Source: Pristiophorus japonicus
Taxonomy: Eukaryota
Length of the DNA: 64,000 nt
Assembly (NCBI RefSeq): GCF_044704955.1
Contig: NC_091986.1
Span: forward strand, 41,354,001-41,418,000
Reading direction: 5' to 3'
The position numbers were made by a program, and so were the translations under genes. Below the pieces are notes generated by a model. The model saw only the letters and a program-made list of their open reading frames with translations. It was not told where the DNA came from and did no database searches. Shown piece after piece: positions 35,001 to 48,232 of this stretch. Every line of letters starts with the position of its first letter. Within the stretch, counting starts at the first letter, position 1.

Positions 35001-35772
35001 TATGATCAGGCGGCAACCCAATTTAGGAAAAGGCTGGACGATATCATTTGTTTGATGAAAGTGAATACCTGTTCTACCAAATACTCACCTTCCATCTGCG
35101 AATCTCTCCTTCATCCTTCTCTTATTTCCCACTTTCACTCTTTAGTCACTGACGCAGCATTTCATTGCTGAGGCCTATATATATTGTGTGTGCGAGTTTG
35201 CAATGGAAGCCCTCTCATCTCACATTTACAGCTGCATGTCACGGACACACAACCTAGGACGGTAGGGCCTCCTCGCCTTTCCTCTCCACACCCGGGGACC
35301 CTCTAATTTCGTGGCCAAGATGGATAAAAAGTTTTTCTACATACATCACAGAGGTATGTGCTGGGCCCCTATCATGCCAGCTGGATGAGCACCTTCTCCC
35401 TCTTCCTCATCATATTGTGGAGCCTCTGCAGGCTGCTGCTGGCAAGGCTCTGTTGTGTTCATACTCTATTTGTTTGTTACAGCTCACAGAACGGGCATTA
35501 GGACCCTGCGGGAGCTATTCACAGTTGCTGTAAACAAGCTAATTCAGGCTGGCTTGGAGACACCATTTTGGGTTGTTGTCTAAAGCACACGGTTTAAATT
35601 ACTTTTCTTCTGGCTCAGTTTGTCAGTTATTTACGCATACACAACATAATTTGGCGACAAGGATGATTCAATTAACCTTGCCTTTCCTCTCCACACCCGG
35701 GGACCCTCTAATTCTGTGGCCGAGATGGATAAAAGGTTTTTCTACATACATCACGGTGAGTGAGTTAGACAG

Positions 35773-38700
35773 TGTAAAGTCCTGTCCCTCACATGAGGCA
35801 CATGCTGAAGTCAAGGTCACTCAGGACCTGCACCTTTATTACACAGCTCTCAAATGCCACACTTGCCTGAGACTTGTCCCTATATATCTGTCTGGGACAG
35901 GTATCCAGTGTCTCCTGCAAGTGCACCCCTGGTGGTAAGGTAAGCTAGTGGTTACAGGTCATCTCTAGTTACAGTCATGTATAGCATGGTAAGATACAGT
36001 TATGGCCAGTAGTGTGAGATACATGACATCACCCTCCCCCAAGGTCTTACTGTCTTTATAGGTTCAGTCTCTCAGATGGTCTATGGTCTTGCGTGGAGCG
36101 TCTTAGTTGTTTGCCTTGGTGCCTGTTTTGCTTTCGGTGTGATTGCTGATATCTCGCCTGGGATGTCTGTTTCGTTCAGTATGATTGTTGGTGTCTGTTG
36201 GGATTGCCCTTTCCTCAGGTTGTTCCCTCTGTCTGTCCACCAGGTGTGGTGTGAGTTCCACATTGTAGTCTGCTTCTGGTTCAGCAGTGTTGTTGGTAAA
36301 TCTACTTTTGACTTGGTCTACATGCCTCCGGCAGGTTTGACCATTGTCCATTTGTACCACCAGTAGCCTGTTTCCTTCCTTGCCTGTTACTGTCCCTGCA
36401 AGCCATTTGGGACCCCTGCCATAGTTTAGCACAAACACTTTGTCCCCTATCTCATTCCACCTCCCCCTCAAATTTCGGTCATGGTACTCAGTTAGCTTAC
36501 GGCGCTTTACCTCAACGATTTCATGCATGTCTGGGAGGATTAATGAGAGCCTTGTCTTTAAGGTCCGTTTCATCAATAGTTGCCCGGGGGGAATTCCAGT
36601 CAATGAATGCAGACGAGATCTGTATGCCAGCAGCAGGCGCGACAGGCGGCCCTGCAGCGTGGGACCTTGGATTCTGAGCATGCATTGTTTAATGATCTGC
36701 ACTGCTCGCTCCACCTGGCCGTTGGAGGCCAGCTTGTACGGTGCCGTCCTAATGTGATTTATGCCGTGGTCACTCATAAAATCTTGGAATTCTGCGCTGG
36801 TGAAGCACGGACCATTATCACTGACCAATATGTCAGGAATGCCGTGCGTTGCGAACATGGTTCCAAGGCTCTCCACAGTGGTGGAGGTGGTGCTCAGGTT
36901 TAAAATGGTGCATTCGATCCACTTTGAAAATGCATCTACAACTACGAGGAACATTTTGCCCATGGATGGGCCCACATAGTCTACATGCATCCGCGACCAC
37001 GGTTTCGTGGGCCACGGCCAGGGGCTCAGGGGAGCCTCCCTGATGGCATTACTGAGTTGGGCACAAATAGTGCACCGTCGGATGCAGAGCTCCAAGTCCG
37101 CGTCAATGCCAGGCCACCAGACATGGGATTTGGCTATGGCCTTCATGAGAACGATCCTCGGGTGCTCGCGGTGGAGCTCCCGGACAAATGCCTCTCTGCC
37201 TTGCAGAGGCATGACTACTCGGCTGCCCCACATCAGGCAGTCTGCTTGTAGTGACAGCTCATGCATGCGCCTATGGAAAGGTTTGATCTCCTCGGGTCAG
37301 GCATCGCGAGCCTCTGCCCAGTCACCGGTTAAGACACAACTTTTTACTAGGGATAACGTGGGGTCGCTGGTCGTCCAGGCTCTGATTTGGTGAGCCGTCA
37401 TGGGCGAACCTGTGGACTCAAAGGCATTGATTGTCATGACCATCTCACAGTCCTGTTCGTCAGACCCTTCCGTGGTTGCCAGGGGTAGCCTGCTAAGCGC
37501 ATCGGCACAGTTGTCTGTGCCTGGTCTGTGCCTTATGGTGTAATCGTAAGAGGCCAGCATGAGTGCCCACTGTTGAATGCGCGCCGAGGCGTTGCCGTTT
37601 ATTGGCTTGCTCTCAGATAGTAGGGACGTGAGGGGCTTGTGGTCGGTTCGAATGCGAACTTGGCCCCGAAAAGGTATTGGTGCATCTTTTTGACACCATA
37701 CACGCACGCGAGCCATTCCGTACCCGCGCTCCACCCGCGAAAGTGACCTGGAGGCCTAAGCTATGGGTTGTAATTTACCCGCACTATTGACATGTTGTAA
37801 AACGCACCCGACCCCGTACGCTGACGCATCACATGTAAGAACTAGCTTTTTACCTGGATCAAAGAAAGCCAAAACACTGTTGGAACACAGAAGGTTGCGT
37901 GCCTTATTGAAGGCGCGTTCCTGGGCATCCCCCCAAAACCAATCACACCCCTTTCTGAGAGGCTCCAGCAGCGTGCTTAAGTTCTGCATAAAGTTCCCAA
38001 AGTAATTAAGTAGCCCGAGAAAGGCGCTCAGTTCTGAGACATTCCGGGGCCTGGGTGCCAGACGAATTGCTTCGGTTTTGGACTCTGTTGGGCGGATTCC
38101 ATCAGCAGCAATCCTTCTGCCCAAAAATTCAACCTCGAGGGCGAGAAACAGGCACTTGGATTTCTTAACTCTTACGCCTACCCGATCCGACTGCTTTAGT
38201 ACTTCTCCAAATTGCAGAGATGGGAGTCGGTGTCCCTGCCCGTGATAAGTATGGGCTCAAGTCCCCGGGATGGACTTGAGCAGACTCTCCATGTTGCGCT
38301 AAAATATAGCAGCTGCCGACCTGATGCCGTATGGGCATCGATTGTACATGAAAAGGCCTCGATGTGTGTTGATGGTGGTGAGTAGCTTAGACTCGTCGGT
38401 CAATTCTTGCGTCATATAAGCAGATGTGAGATCTAGTTTTGAGGAAAGTTTTCCTCCAGCCAATGTGGCAAATAAGTCCTCCACTCTGGGCAGCGGGTAT
38501 TGGTCTTGTAGGGAGACTCTGTTTATGGTAGATTTGTAGTCCCCACAGATTTGTACAGATCCATCAGGCTTCATGACTGGGACGATGGGACTTGCCCAGT
38601 CGCTAAATTCCACGGGTGAGATAATGCCTTTCCGCAGAAGCCTGTCCAGTTCATATTCAATCTTGTCCCTCATCACATAGAGCACAGCTCTTCCCTTGTG

Positions 38701-40478
38701 ATGGACCGGTCTGGCATCCTGTGTGATGTAGATTTTGACTTTAGCCCCTTTGAAGGTGCCCACACCTGGCTGAAAGAGATGTTCAAATCGACTTAGAACT
38801 GTTGAGCAGGAGGTCCGTTCCTCTGACGACATGGCGTGAACATCATCCCATTTCCAATTTAGTTTTGCCAGCCAGCTTCTCCCCAGCAGTGCTGGGAGAT
38901 CTCCGGGGATAATCCACAGCGGAAGTTGGTTCACTGTCCCTTTGTGTGTGACTGAGAGCATGGCGCTGCCAAGGACTGGGACGATTTCTTTGGTATAGGC
39001 CCTTAGTTTGGTGTCGACCCTTGTGAGCTTTGGTCTGTCTCTTTTGTGCGGCCACAGCTGTTCAAATTGTTGAGCGCTCATGAAAGATTGACTCGCTCCC
39101 TTATCCAGCTCCATGTTGACGGATATCCCGTTGAGTAGGACCCTCATCATTATTGGAGGCGTCTTGTTGTAAGAGCAGTGGTCATTGACCGTGTTGACCC
39201 ACTGTACATCGGTGTCCCGGGTACTGTCCCCACCATCTTCTGGTTCGCTTTCCGACCCTTCCGATTCGTATACCAGCCGAGCTGTCGTTTTTCTGCAGAT
39301 GCAGGCCAGATGCCCTGTATAGTCGCAGTTTCTGCAAACAGCATGCTGAAATCGACACTCCCTTGATGAGTGCCTTCCCCCACGTCTCCAGCACAGACAG
39401 CTTCCATTGTTTCCAAAGGATGAGCTGCATCTGGCTGATCTTTCTTGAGCTTCTCTCAGTTTGTAGTTGATTGTTTGCATTGTGGATTGATGAGGTGTGA
39501 ACGGCTGTTCATGTGGCCCTTGATGGCTTCTGGCGCCACTTCCTGCTATTGAGGGCCTGCTCTCCTGCCTTTGTCTGTGTGTGGGGCTTGTTTCACGCTG
39601 TGAACCCCTTGTTCTAATGTTTCGTTAGTTGTCGTACCCGCAATGTAGATCAACCTCGTTTCTTCTTCTCCTGCCAAGAATGTCTGTGCAACCAGTGCTG
39701 CTGCCTCTAGGGTCAATTTCTTGATCTCTATGAGCTTTTGGAATATGCCTGCGTGGCCTATTCCCTCAATAAAAAAGTCTCTCAGTACTTCTCTCCTTAG
39801 TTCATCGGAGAACTCACATAAGCTAGCCAACCTCCGAAGTTCCACCACGAAGTCGGGTATGCTCTGGCTCACACAGCGTCTGCAGTTGTAGAACCTGTGT
39901 CTGGCCATGTGTAGGCTGCTCGCTGGCTTCAGGTGGTCTCTTACCAGTGTGCTCAACTCTTCAAACGACTTGCTTGCTGGTTTCTCGGGTGCCAGCAGGT
40001 CCTTCATTAAGGCGTATGTTTTCGAGCCACAGCTGGTCAAGAGATGGGCTCTTCTCTTGTCTGCCTTATCGTCGCCTAACCAGACTTTGGTTACGAAGCT
40101 TTGCTGGAGCCTTTCTATAAAGTCCTCCCAATTATCTCCAGCATTGTATTTTTCATCTGAGCCGTTGGTCGCCATTCTGTGGATTCTGTAATCCTGTAAT
40201 TCGTCGCCATTGTAAAGTCCTGTCCCTGCAGTACAAACTCACACGAGGCACATGCTGAAGTCAAGGTCACTGAGGACCTGCACCTTTATTACACAGCTCT
40301 CGAATGCCACACTTGCCTGAGACTTGTCCTTATATATCTGTCTGGGACAGGTATCCAGTGTCTCCTGCAAGTGCAGCCCTGGTGGTCAGGTAAGCTAGTG
40401 GTTACAGGTCATCTCTAGTTACAGTCATGTATAACATGATAAGATACAGTTATGTACAGTAGTGTGAGATACATGACA
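35773..40478 (-). mobile_element. Ty3/Gypsy (Mag-like) LTR retrotransposon E, same family as C
   Basis: LTRs at 40211-40478 and 35773-36028, TSD GACAG and PBS TGGCGACGA. Gag-pol ORFs at 40175-36103 with frameshifts. Confidence 0.95.
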
Positions 40479-41005
40479 GACAGCGACAACGTAACACCAG
40501 CTCACCGTCGTGCAGTACTTATTCACTGCCTCGGCACCGAAGGCCAACGCATCTTTGGCCAAATCGAAGACACGGAGTCCTACGACAAATGGTAAGCGCC
40601 CTAGAGAACTATTTTGGGCCAAAGAAAAGTATCGTGATGGAGAGATACCAATTTCGTAAAAGAGGGCAAGGGAATGGTAAACCAATCAAACAGTATATCA
40701 TTTCATTAACTGAACTGGCCGCTACGTGTAACTTTGGAGAGGAAATGATCAGGGATCAAATTATTGAGAAAACAACGATCCCCCTCATTCGGGTATGCTT
40801 GCTAATGGAGGATGGCAAATTAACATTGGATAAAGCAACTAATTTGGCCATCCAAATCGAATCAGCGCTTTCCAATTCAAAAGCGATCAGATCCCCTGCT
40901 CCCCTTGTGCAGCAGACTGCAGCTACAGCCCACGTGCAAGGCGTGCGTCCAAAGTGGAAATCACAGCAGAGACTCAGGGCTAGTAATAAGCCACCCACTA
41001 TGGAT

Positions 41006-43197
41006 CATAGAAACATAGAACATAGAAAATAGGTGCAGGAGTAGGCCATTCGGCCCTTCGAGTCTGCACCGCCATTCAATGAGATCATGGCTGAACATGC
41101 AACTTCAGTACCCCATTCCTGCTTTCTCGCCATACCCCTTGATCCCCCTAGTAGTAAGGACTACATCTAACTCCTTTTTGAATATATTTAGTGAATTGGC
41201 CTCAACAACTTTCTGTGGTAGATAATTCCACAGGTTCACCACTCTCTGGGTGAAGATGTTTCTCCTCATCTCGGTCCTAAATGGCTTACCCCTTATCCTT
41301 AGACTGTGACCCCTGGTTCTGGACTTCCCCAACATTGGGAACATTCTTCCTGCATCTAACCTGTCTAAACCCGTCAGAATTTTAAACGTTTCTATGAGAT
41401 CCCCTCTTATTCTTCTGAACTCCAGTGAATACAAGTCCAGTTGATCCAGTCTTTCTTGATATGTCAGTCCCGCCATCCCGTGAATCAGTCTGGTGAACCT
41501 TCGCTGCATTCCCTCAATAGCAAGAATGTCCTTCCTCAAGTTAGGAGACCAAAACTGTACACAATACTCCAGGTGTGGCCTCACCAAGGCCCTGTACAAC
41601 TGTAGCAACACCTCCCTGCCCCTGTACTCAAATCCTCTCGCTATGAAGGCCAACATACCATTTGCCTTCTTAACCGCCTGCTGTACCTGCATGCCAACCT
41701 TCAATGACTGATGTACCATGACACCCAGGTCTCGTTGCACCTCCCTTTTTCCTAATCTGTCACCATTCAGATAATAGTCTGTCTCTCTGTTTTTACAACC
41801 AAAGTGGATAACCTCACATTTATCCACATTATACTTCATCTGCCATGCATTTGCCCACTTACCTAACCTATACAAGTCACTCTGCAGCCTCATAGCATCC
41901 TTCTCGCAGCTCACACTGCCACCCAACTTAGTGTCATCCGCAAATTTGGAGATACTGCATTTAATCCCCTCGTCTAAATCATTAATGTACAATGTAAACA
42001 GCTGGGACCCCAGCACAGAACCTTGCGGTACCCCATTAGTCACTGCCTGCCATTCTGAAAAGTACCCATTTACTCCTACTCTTTGCTTCCTGTCTGCCAA
42101 CCAGTTCTCAATCCATGTCAGCACGCTACCCCCAATCCCATGTGCTTTAACTTTGCACATTAATCTCCTGTGTGGGACCTTGTCGAAAGCCTTCTGAAAG
42201 TCCAAATGCACCACATCAACTGGTTCTCCCTTGTCCACTCTACTGGAAACATCCTCAAAAAATTCCAGAAGATTTGTCAAGCATGATTTCCCTTTCACAA
42301 ATCCATGCTGACTTGGACCTATCATGTCACCTCTTTCCAAATGCGCTGCTATGACATCCTTAATAATTGATTCCATCATTTTACCCACTACCGATGTCAG
42401 GCTGACCGGTCTATAATTCCCTGTTTTCTCTCTCCCTCCTTTTTTAAAAAGTGGGGTTACATTGACTACCCTCCACTCCATAGGAACTGATCCAGAGTCT
42501 ATGGAATGTTGGAAAATGACTGTCAATGCATCCGCTATTTCCAAGGCCACCTCCTTAAGTACTCTGGGATGCAGACCATCAGGCCCTGGGGATTTATCGG
42601 CCTTCAATCCCATTAATTTCCCCAACACAATTTCCCGACTAATAAAGATTTCCCTCAGTTCCTCCTTCTTACTAGACCCTCTGACCCTTTTTATATCCGG
42701 AAGGTTGTTTGTGTCCTCCTTAGTGAATACCGAACCAAAGTACTTGTTCAATTGGTCTGCCATTTCTTTGTTCCCAGTTATGACATCCCCTGATTCTGAC
42801 TGCAGGGCACCTACGTTTGTCTTTACTAACCTTTTTCTCTTTACATATACATAGAAGCTTTTGCAGTCTATTTTAATGTTCCCTGCAAGCTTCCTCTCGT
42901 ACTCCATTTTCCCTGCCCTAATCAAACCCTTTGTCCTCCTCTGCTGAGTTCTAAATTTCTCCCAGTCCCCGGGTTCACTTCTATTTCTGGCCAATTTGTA
43001 TGCCACTTCCTTGGCTTTAATACTATCCCTGATTTCCCTTGATAGCCACGATGGAGCCACCTTCCCTTTTTATTTTTATGCCAGACAGGGATGTACAATT
43101 GTTGTAGTTCATCCATGAGGTCTCTAAATGTCTGCCATTGCCCATCCACTGTCAACCCCTTAAGTATCATTCACCAATCTATCCTAGCCCATTCACG
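41006..43197 (-). mobile_element. 5'-truncated young CR1 LINE inserted in the gag of Gypsy D
   Basis: 651-aa RT ORF at 41105-43060, nearly identical to the CR1 at 29601-32003. CATAGAAA tail. Confidence 0.95.
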
Positions 43198-44723
43198 GGC
43201 CTAACTTCCACTGCTTTAACTGTGGGGACAAGTCACATTCAGCAAAGAGTCTTAACTGCCCTGCACGTGGGAAGAAATGCTCTGCATGTGGTAAAATGAA
43301 CCATGTTGCTCGTGTCTGTCGCTCATCGCAGCATATTCGACAAGTGGACAACCCCGATCGTGATAAACCCAATATGGTTTACACCGTTAATGACATTTAG
43401 CACATCGGTTCGGGCAAATTCAAGGACTGTGAGGTAAACATTGATGGCACGTCCTGCTGCCTCCTCATTGACCTTGGAGCCAAAGTTTCCATTTTGAGTG
43501 AGGCTGTGTACGAAACCTACTTCACGCACTGTCAACTGCAGCCCGCAACTTCCATTCTACATGCGTACTCCGACTCCAAAATTGAGGTACTTGGGGCCAT
43601 ATCAGTCCCGATATACTACAAGGACATAACATTGGAGAACTTTTCCTTTTATGTCACAAAGGAACAAAGCCTCATGGGTGTTGACCTTTTTGACAAGCTT
43701 GGGTTCAAAGTTTACGATCCAACGGACACACCTGTGTACATGGTGGACTTTGACAAGCAGTATCCCTCAATCTTCACAGGGTTTGGAGTGACAACAAAAT
43801 TCTGCCATCATCCCCATGTTGACCCTTCTGTCAAACCAGTTACGCAGCGACTTCGCTGTCTCCCATTCGCGGTTCACGAACAAGTATGCGCAGAATTAAC
43901 GTGATTCAAATCTCAGGGAATCATTGAGAGCTTCGACTCCTCACCCTGGATCTCAAACTTAGTCATTGCTTGGCATAAAAATGGGGAGATCCGCCTATGC
44001 ATCGACCTGAAAGAGGTCAATAAGGCCATCAACCCCGACAAGTACCCTCTTCCTACCATCGATAAATTGTCTTCAGAATTCCACGGCTCAACAGTTTTTA
44101 CGAAACTCGACATGCGCCACAGTTACCTGCAAATGTTCCTAGTGGAGGACAGCAAACCGCACACGACATTCACGACGCATGATGGTCTGTATCAGTGTTG
44201 ACACATGTCCTACAAACTATCTTCTGCACCAAGTGCATTTCAGAAGATTGTCACTACTATGGTAGCAGGCATAGAGAGAGCCCTCAATCTGCTTGACGAT
44301 ATCGTCATCCATGGACGGACAATGGAAGAACATGACCAGCGACTTCCCGCAGTTATGGCTCAACTTGCTACACATAACATTACACTTAATGCCGATAAGT
44401 GTATATTCGCTGCTGGAGAAATAAACTTTCTGGGCTACAGAGTCACAGCACAAGATGTCAAGCCAACACTTGACAACATTGACGCGATCCAGCGAATGCA
44501 GGAGGTACCAACATCAAAGAACTTTCATAATTCCTCGGCACTTGCAACTTCTATCTGAAGTTTGTCCCACACTACGCGCACGCTGCCGAACCACTTTGCA
44601 AGTTACTGCGCAAGGACATCCCTTGGGAATGGACAGATTCCCAGGCTCAGGCATTCAGCACACTTAAGGAGAAAATCACATCCCCTCCTATCCGAATGCA
44701 CTTCGATCCGAATGCCACTACGT

Positions 44724-45805
44724 CAGCATCATCATCATAGGCAGTCCCTCGAATCGAGGATGATTTGCTTCCACGCCAAAAAAGGATGAGTTCACAGGTG
44801 TTTCAATGAAGGACCTAATATTCCAGATCCCGAACTACATCTTGAAGGGTGGAAGGTGCCTGTGCGTGGATTTTGTTTTAACGTGTGGTGGCCGTTGCAC
44901 ACCAGCCACCACATGGGCTTGACAGAACTAGGTCTTGGTCCAGTGGCTAAGGATTAACCAGAACAACTAGAGACCAAGCTCTGCTGCACGGACCTAGTGC
45001 ACACACATATTGCAGTGTGGACTGGCCCGTGCTGCCCCTGGGCCCTCGCCTCTTCTGGGCCCTAAACTCACGCCTCTCCAGGGCCCCGATCACGTTCCTA
45101 TGAACTCTTGCTGCTCTTTGGCCCGACCTCCCCGCTCCTGCTGTACCTGCCCACACTGCAGTCAGCGACCTGGATTTGGGTGACGTCAAATCGAATCGCT
45201 CTCTTCGAAGCCGTCGCCCTCTTGCAGCAGCACGCCCTGCTCCCTGCATTGGCACGCCGCCACATGTTACTCCCTCTAATGGCCCCGGCCTACTTATGGT
45301 CTTGCAAGCCGGGACCGCACCAATTTCCGGACCGCTATTTGCCCTCTACATAACTGTCCGTGACAACTGCCCACATTGGTAGTGTCTTTAACATAGAAAA
45401 ATGTCCTAGTTCGTCATAGTTTGAGCTAATTTGAGCAGCAGGAGAAGGAATATGATGGGAGGAGGCTGAAAGTGCAGTTGAAAAGGTAGGGTTTGAGGAA
45501 GAGGAAGAGAGGGCGAGAGATCTGAAGTGGGGTAACAAGATGGACGAAGGTAGAATGAAGTGGGGTGGGTGGGGGATGCAAGGCTGGAGTATCTTACAGA
45601 GGTATGGAGTAGCGAGATCATGGTATGATTTGTAGATGAAACATAAGAATTAGGAGCAGGAGTAGGCCATATGGCCCCTCGAGCCTGCTCGGCCATTCAA
45701 TAATTTCATGGCTGATCTTCAACCTCAATTCCACATTCCCGCTCCCTATCCCCATATCCCTTGATTCTCTTAGTGCCCAGAAATCTAATGGCCCTGTTTC
45801 AGGGT
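44724..45805 (-). mobile_element. Composite non-autonomous retroposon with an RTE-type 3' tail
   Basis: 8-bp TSD CACTACGT (44716-44723 and 45806-45813). The tail CATCATCATAGGCAGTCCCTCGAATCGAGG is shared with local RTEs. The Gypsy frame HFDPNATT|YITTDAS rejoins across it. Confidence 0.85.
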
Positions 45806-47567
45806 CACTACGTACATCACCACGGATGCATCAGGCACCACCATGGGTGCTGTGCTCTCGCAGTGGATTGACAGCCTGGAATGGCCAGTCGCCTTTGCCT
45901 GTCGCATACTCCTGTCTGCAGAATGTAAATACTCTACAGGGGAACGCAAAGCACTCGCTTGCATCTCTGCATGTGCACGCTGGCACATCTACCTCTATGG
46001 CAGGAAATTTACCCACCGTTCAGATCACCAAGTGCTAACTAAGCTACTGGCTACAACTGTATCTGGGCACGGACCACTAGAATGAGCCGGTGGTCAGATC
46101 GCCTTCATCAGTATAACTTTGAAGTATCGTACGTCGCTGGTAGTCGCAACCACATAGCTGACATGCTCAGCCGCTCGACACCTGTTTCGGACCCTGGTGC
46201 TGACTTGTTCACAGATGATGACACATATGTCACGTCGATCATCACTCAGTCCATCAGAAACCTTGTTTCCGGTGACGAACTCAAAACCGAACACCAGCTA
46301 CGCTCCAGCATGTGTGCCACTTCCTCCAGTGGCCTAAGCAAATTCCGGAAGAGTTGAAAACATTCCACAGACTTTGCAATTAATTTTCCACTTGAAACGA
46401 AGGCTGCCTAGCTTGTGGTGATAGAGCAGTAATTCCCAAGTCACTTCAACAGTGCATTTTCATTAGCACACAGTGGACATCCTGACATTGTCCGCATGAA
46501 GCAGGGATGTCGTGATTCAGTATGGTGGCCTGGGATTGACACTCTCATTGAGGAGTTCGTCTCACACTGCGAAGCACGCAGTCTGAGTGAAAAGGCCACA
46601 AACATCCGACCAGCGCCAATGAAGCCCATTCCATGGCCACAAAGACCATAGCAACAACTTCAGTTGGATATCTTCGGTCCAGTTGAAGCAGCTCCACAGC
46701 ACCAGCGATTCCTTGTTGTAGTGCGTCACCTGCATTCCAAATGGCCAGAAATCGTTACAAGTTCAGTAACCTCATCAACAATCGTCACTATTCTGCAGCG
46801 TATGTTCACGAAGTGGAGCCTCCCAGAGGTCGTAATCACTGACAATGGACCACAGTTTGTGCCCGACCAGTTTGCCGATTTCCTCATATCGAGCATTGCC
46901 TTACTGCTCGGTACAATCCTCAAAGTAATAGAGGTGTTGAGCGTTTTAACCGTGTCATCAAAGAGGGTTTGAAAGCCAACCTCGCAGCAGGCCAAACATT
47001 CGATGAAGCAGTTCAGACCATTCTCCGCACATACCGTTCGACAAAGCACTCGTTAACGGGGAAGACATTCGCTGAGCTCATGATTGGGCGGAATTTTCGC
47101 TGGCTACTGGACATTCTCAAACCCCCAGCCAAACCTAGCACAAAGATAACCACACTCGCATCCCAGATTTCGGAACACCAATGAAAAGCATAGTCGTACA
47201 CTGACAAAACGACGTGCTCAAAAGCCCCAACTGAAGAACGGAGATTGGGTCAGAGTTAAGCGCCCAAACCGTAATCATAAGCTCGCATCTTCACTTTCGC
47301 CTCCAAAACAGATCGGACGAAAGTTCAGCCCTCACACCTACGAGTTCAATGATGGAACTCGATGGAACGCTCGTAGACTAATCTCAACTCACAGACCAGC
47401 AGTATGGCACAGAGGCACCATTCTGTTTACCAACCGAAAACCTCAATCAAACACCGCAAGCTCCATGCCAGTCTCAGCGTATCAAAACATGACCTGGCTA
47501 TCTCAAGTATTTTGTCTGTACATAGACTGTGGTTTCAAAAAGGGGGGAAATATGTTGTGTTCATACT

Positions 47568-48232
47568 GGCTCAGAAATTCCGGCCTCCCGGGTCCATACG
47601 GAGTGCGTACGGACCCGGGAAGGCATCGCAAAAGCCGGTTTTCAGCGCACAATGTGCATGCACTGAAAACCGGCTTTTCCGATCAAACAGGTCCTCTGCA
47701 TCTCGGGAGCAAGGACATTTGCAAGGGCAAGATTGCGGTATTTACCCATTTCTTGCCCAGCAAATGTCCTCAAAATTCTTGCGCAACACCTACTTTTACA
47801 GGCGTAAGAGTTTTAAAATACACAAAACATTTTAAAATAAAATTATAAAAACACATTTTATTATTAAAACCCTCCTCACTACGGTAAGTTTATTTTAAAC
47901 CATAATTAATTTTTTTTTAATCGGAAAAATGTTTTTTTTTATAATGCATAAATAACTAATTTAAATGAATAAAAATATGATGTATTTTTTTCTATTTTTT
48001 ATTAGAGTTTTGTGTTAGTTCCCATTATTATGAATGAGAACATACTTTACCTGGTTTGGCTGCCCAGAGCCATGTGACTGCAGCTTCAGCCCTGCACACG
48101 TCCTGATATGCACACGCTCTGACGCGCAGTCACTGGAGGCCTCAGGACCGGCAACTCGCGTTCGCGCAGCAGGAACATAAAAGTTTTTCCCTCGATCGCC
48201 CATGGGAAGCAGCCGACCAGGATTTCTGGGCC
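47568..48232. mobile_element. Harbinger-type MITE inside the 3' LTR of Gypsy D
   Basis: TIRs GGCTCAGAAATTCCGG / rc GGCCCAGAAATCCTGG, TSD ACT/AAT and an AT-rich core. It is absent from the 5' LTR. Confidence 0.88.

Larger units (their letters stand above)
20340..35062 (+). pseudogene. Harbinger Myb/SANT-like DNA-binding protein exon, split by a Gypsy element
   Basis: Removing 20529-34997 gives an in-frame RRATRFSDAELESLMHGVEGRRRVLY..AWREIAVEVSGTS|IYDQAATQFRKRLDDIICLMK, followed by a GTGAAT donor-like site. Confidence 0.8.
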
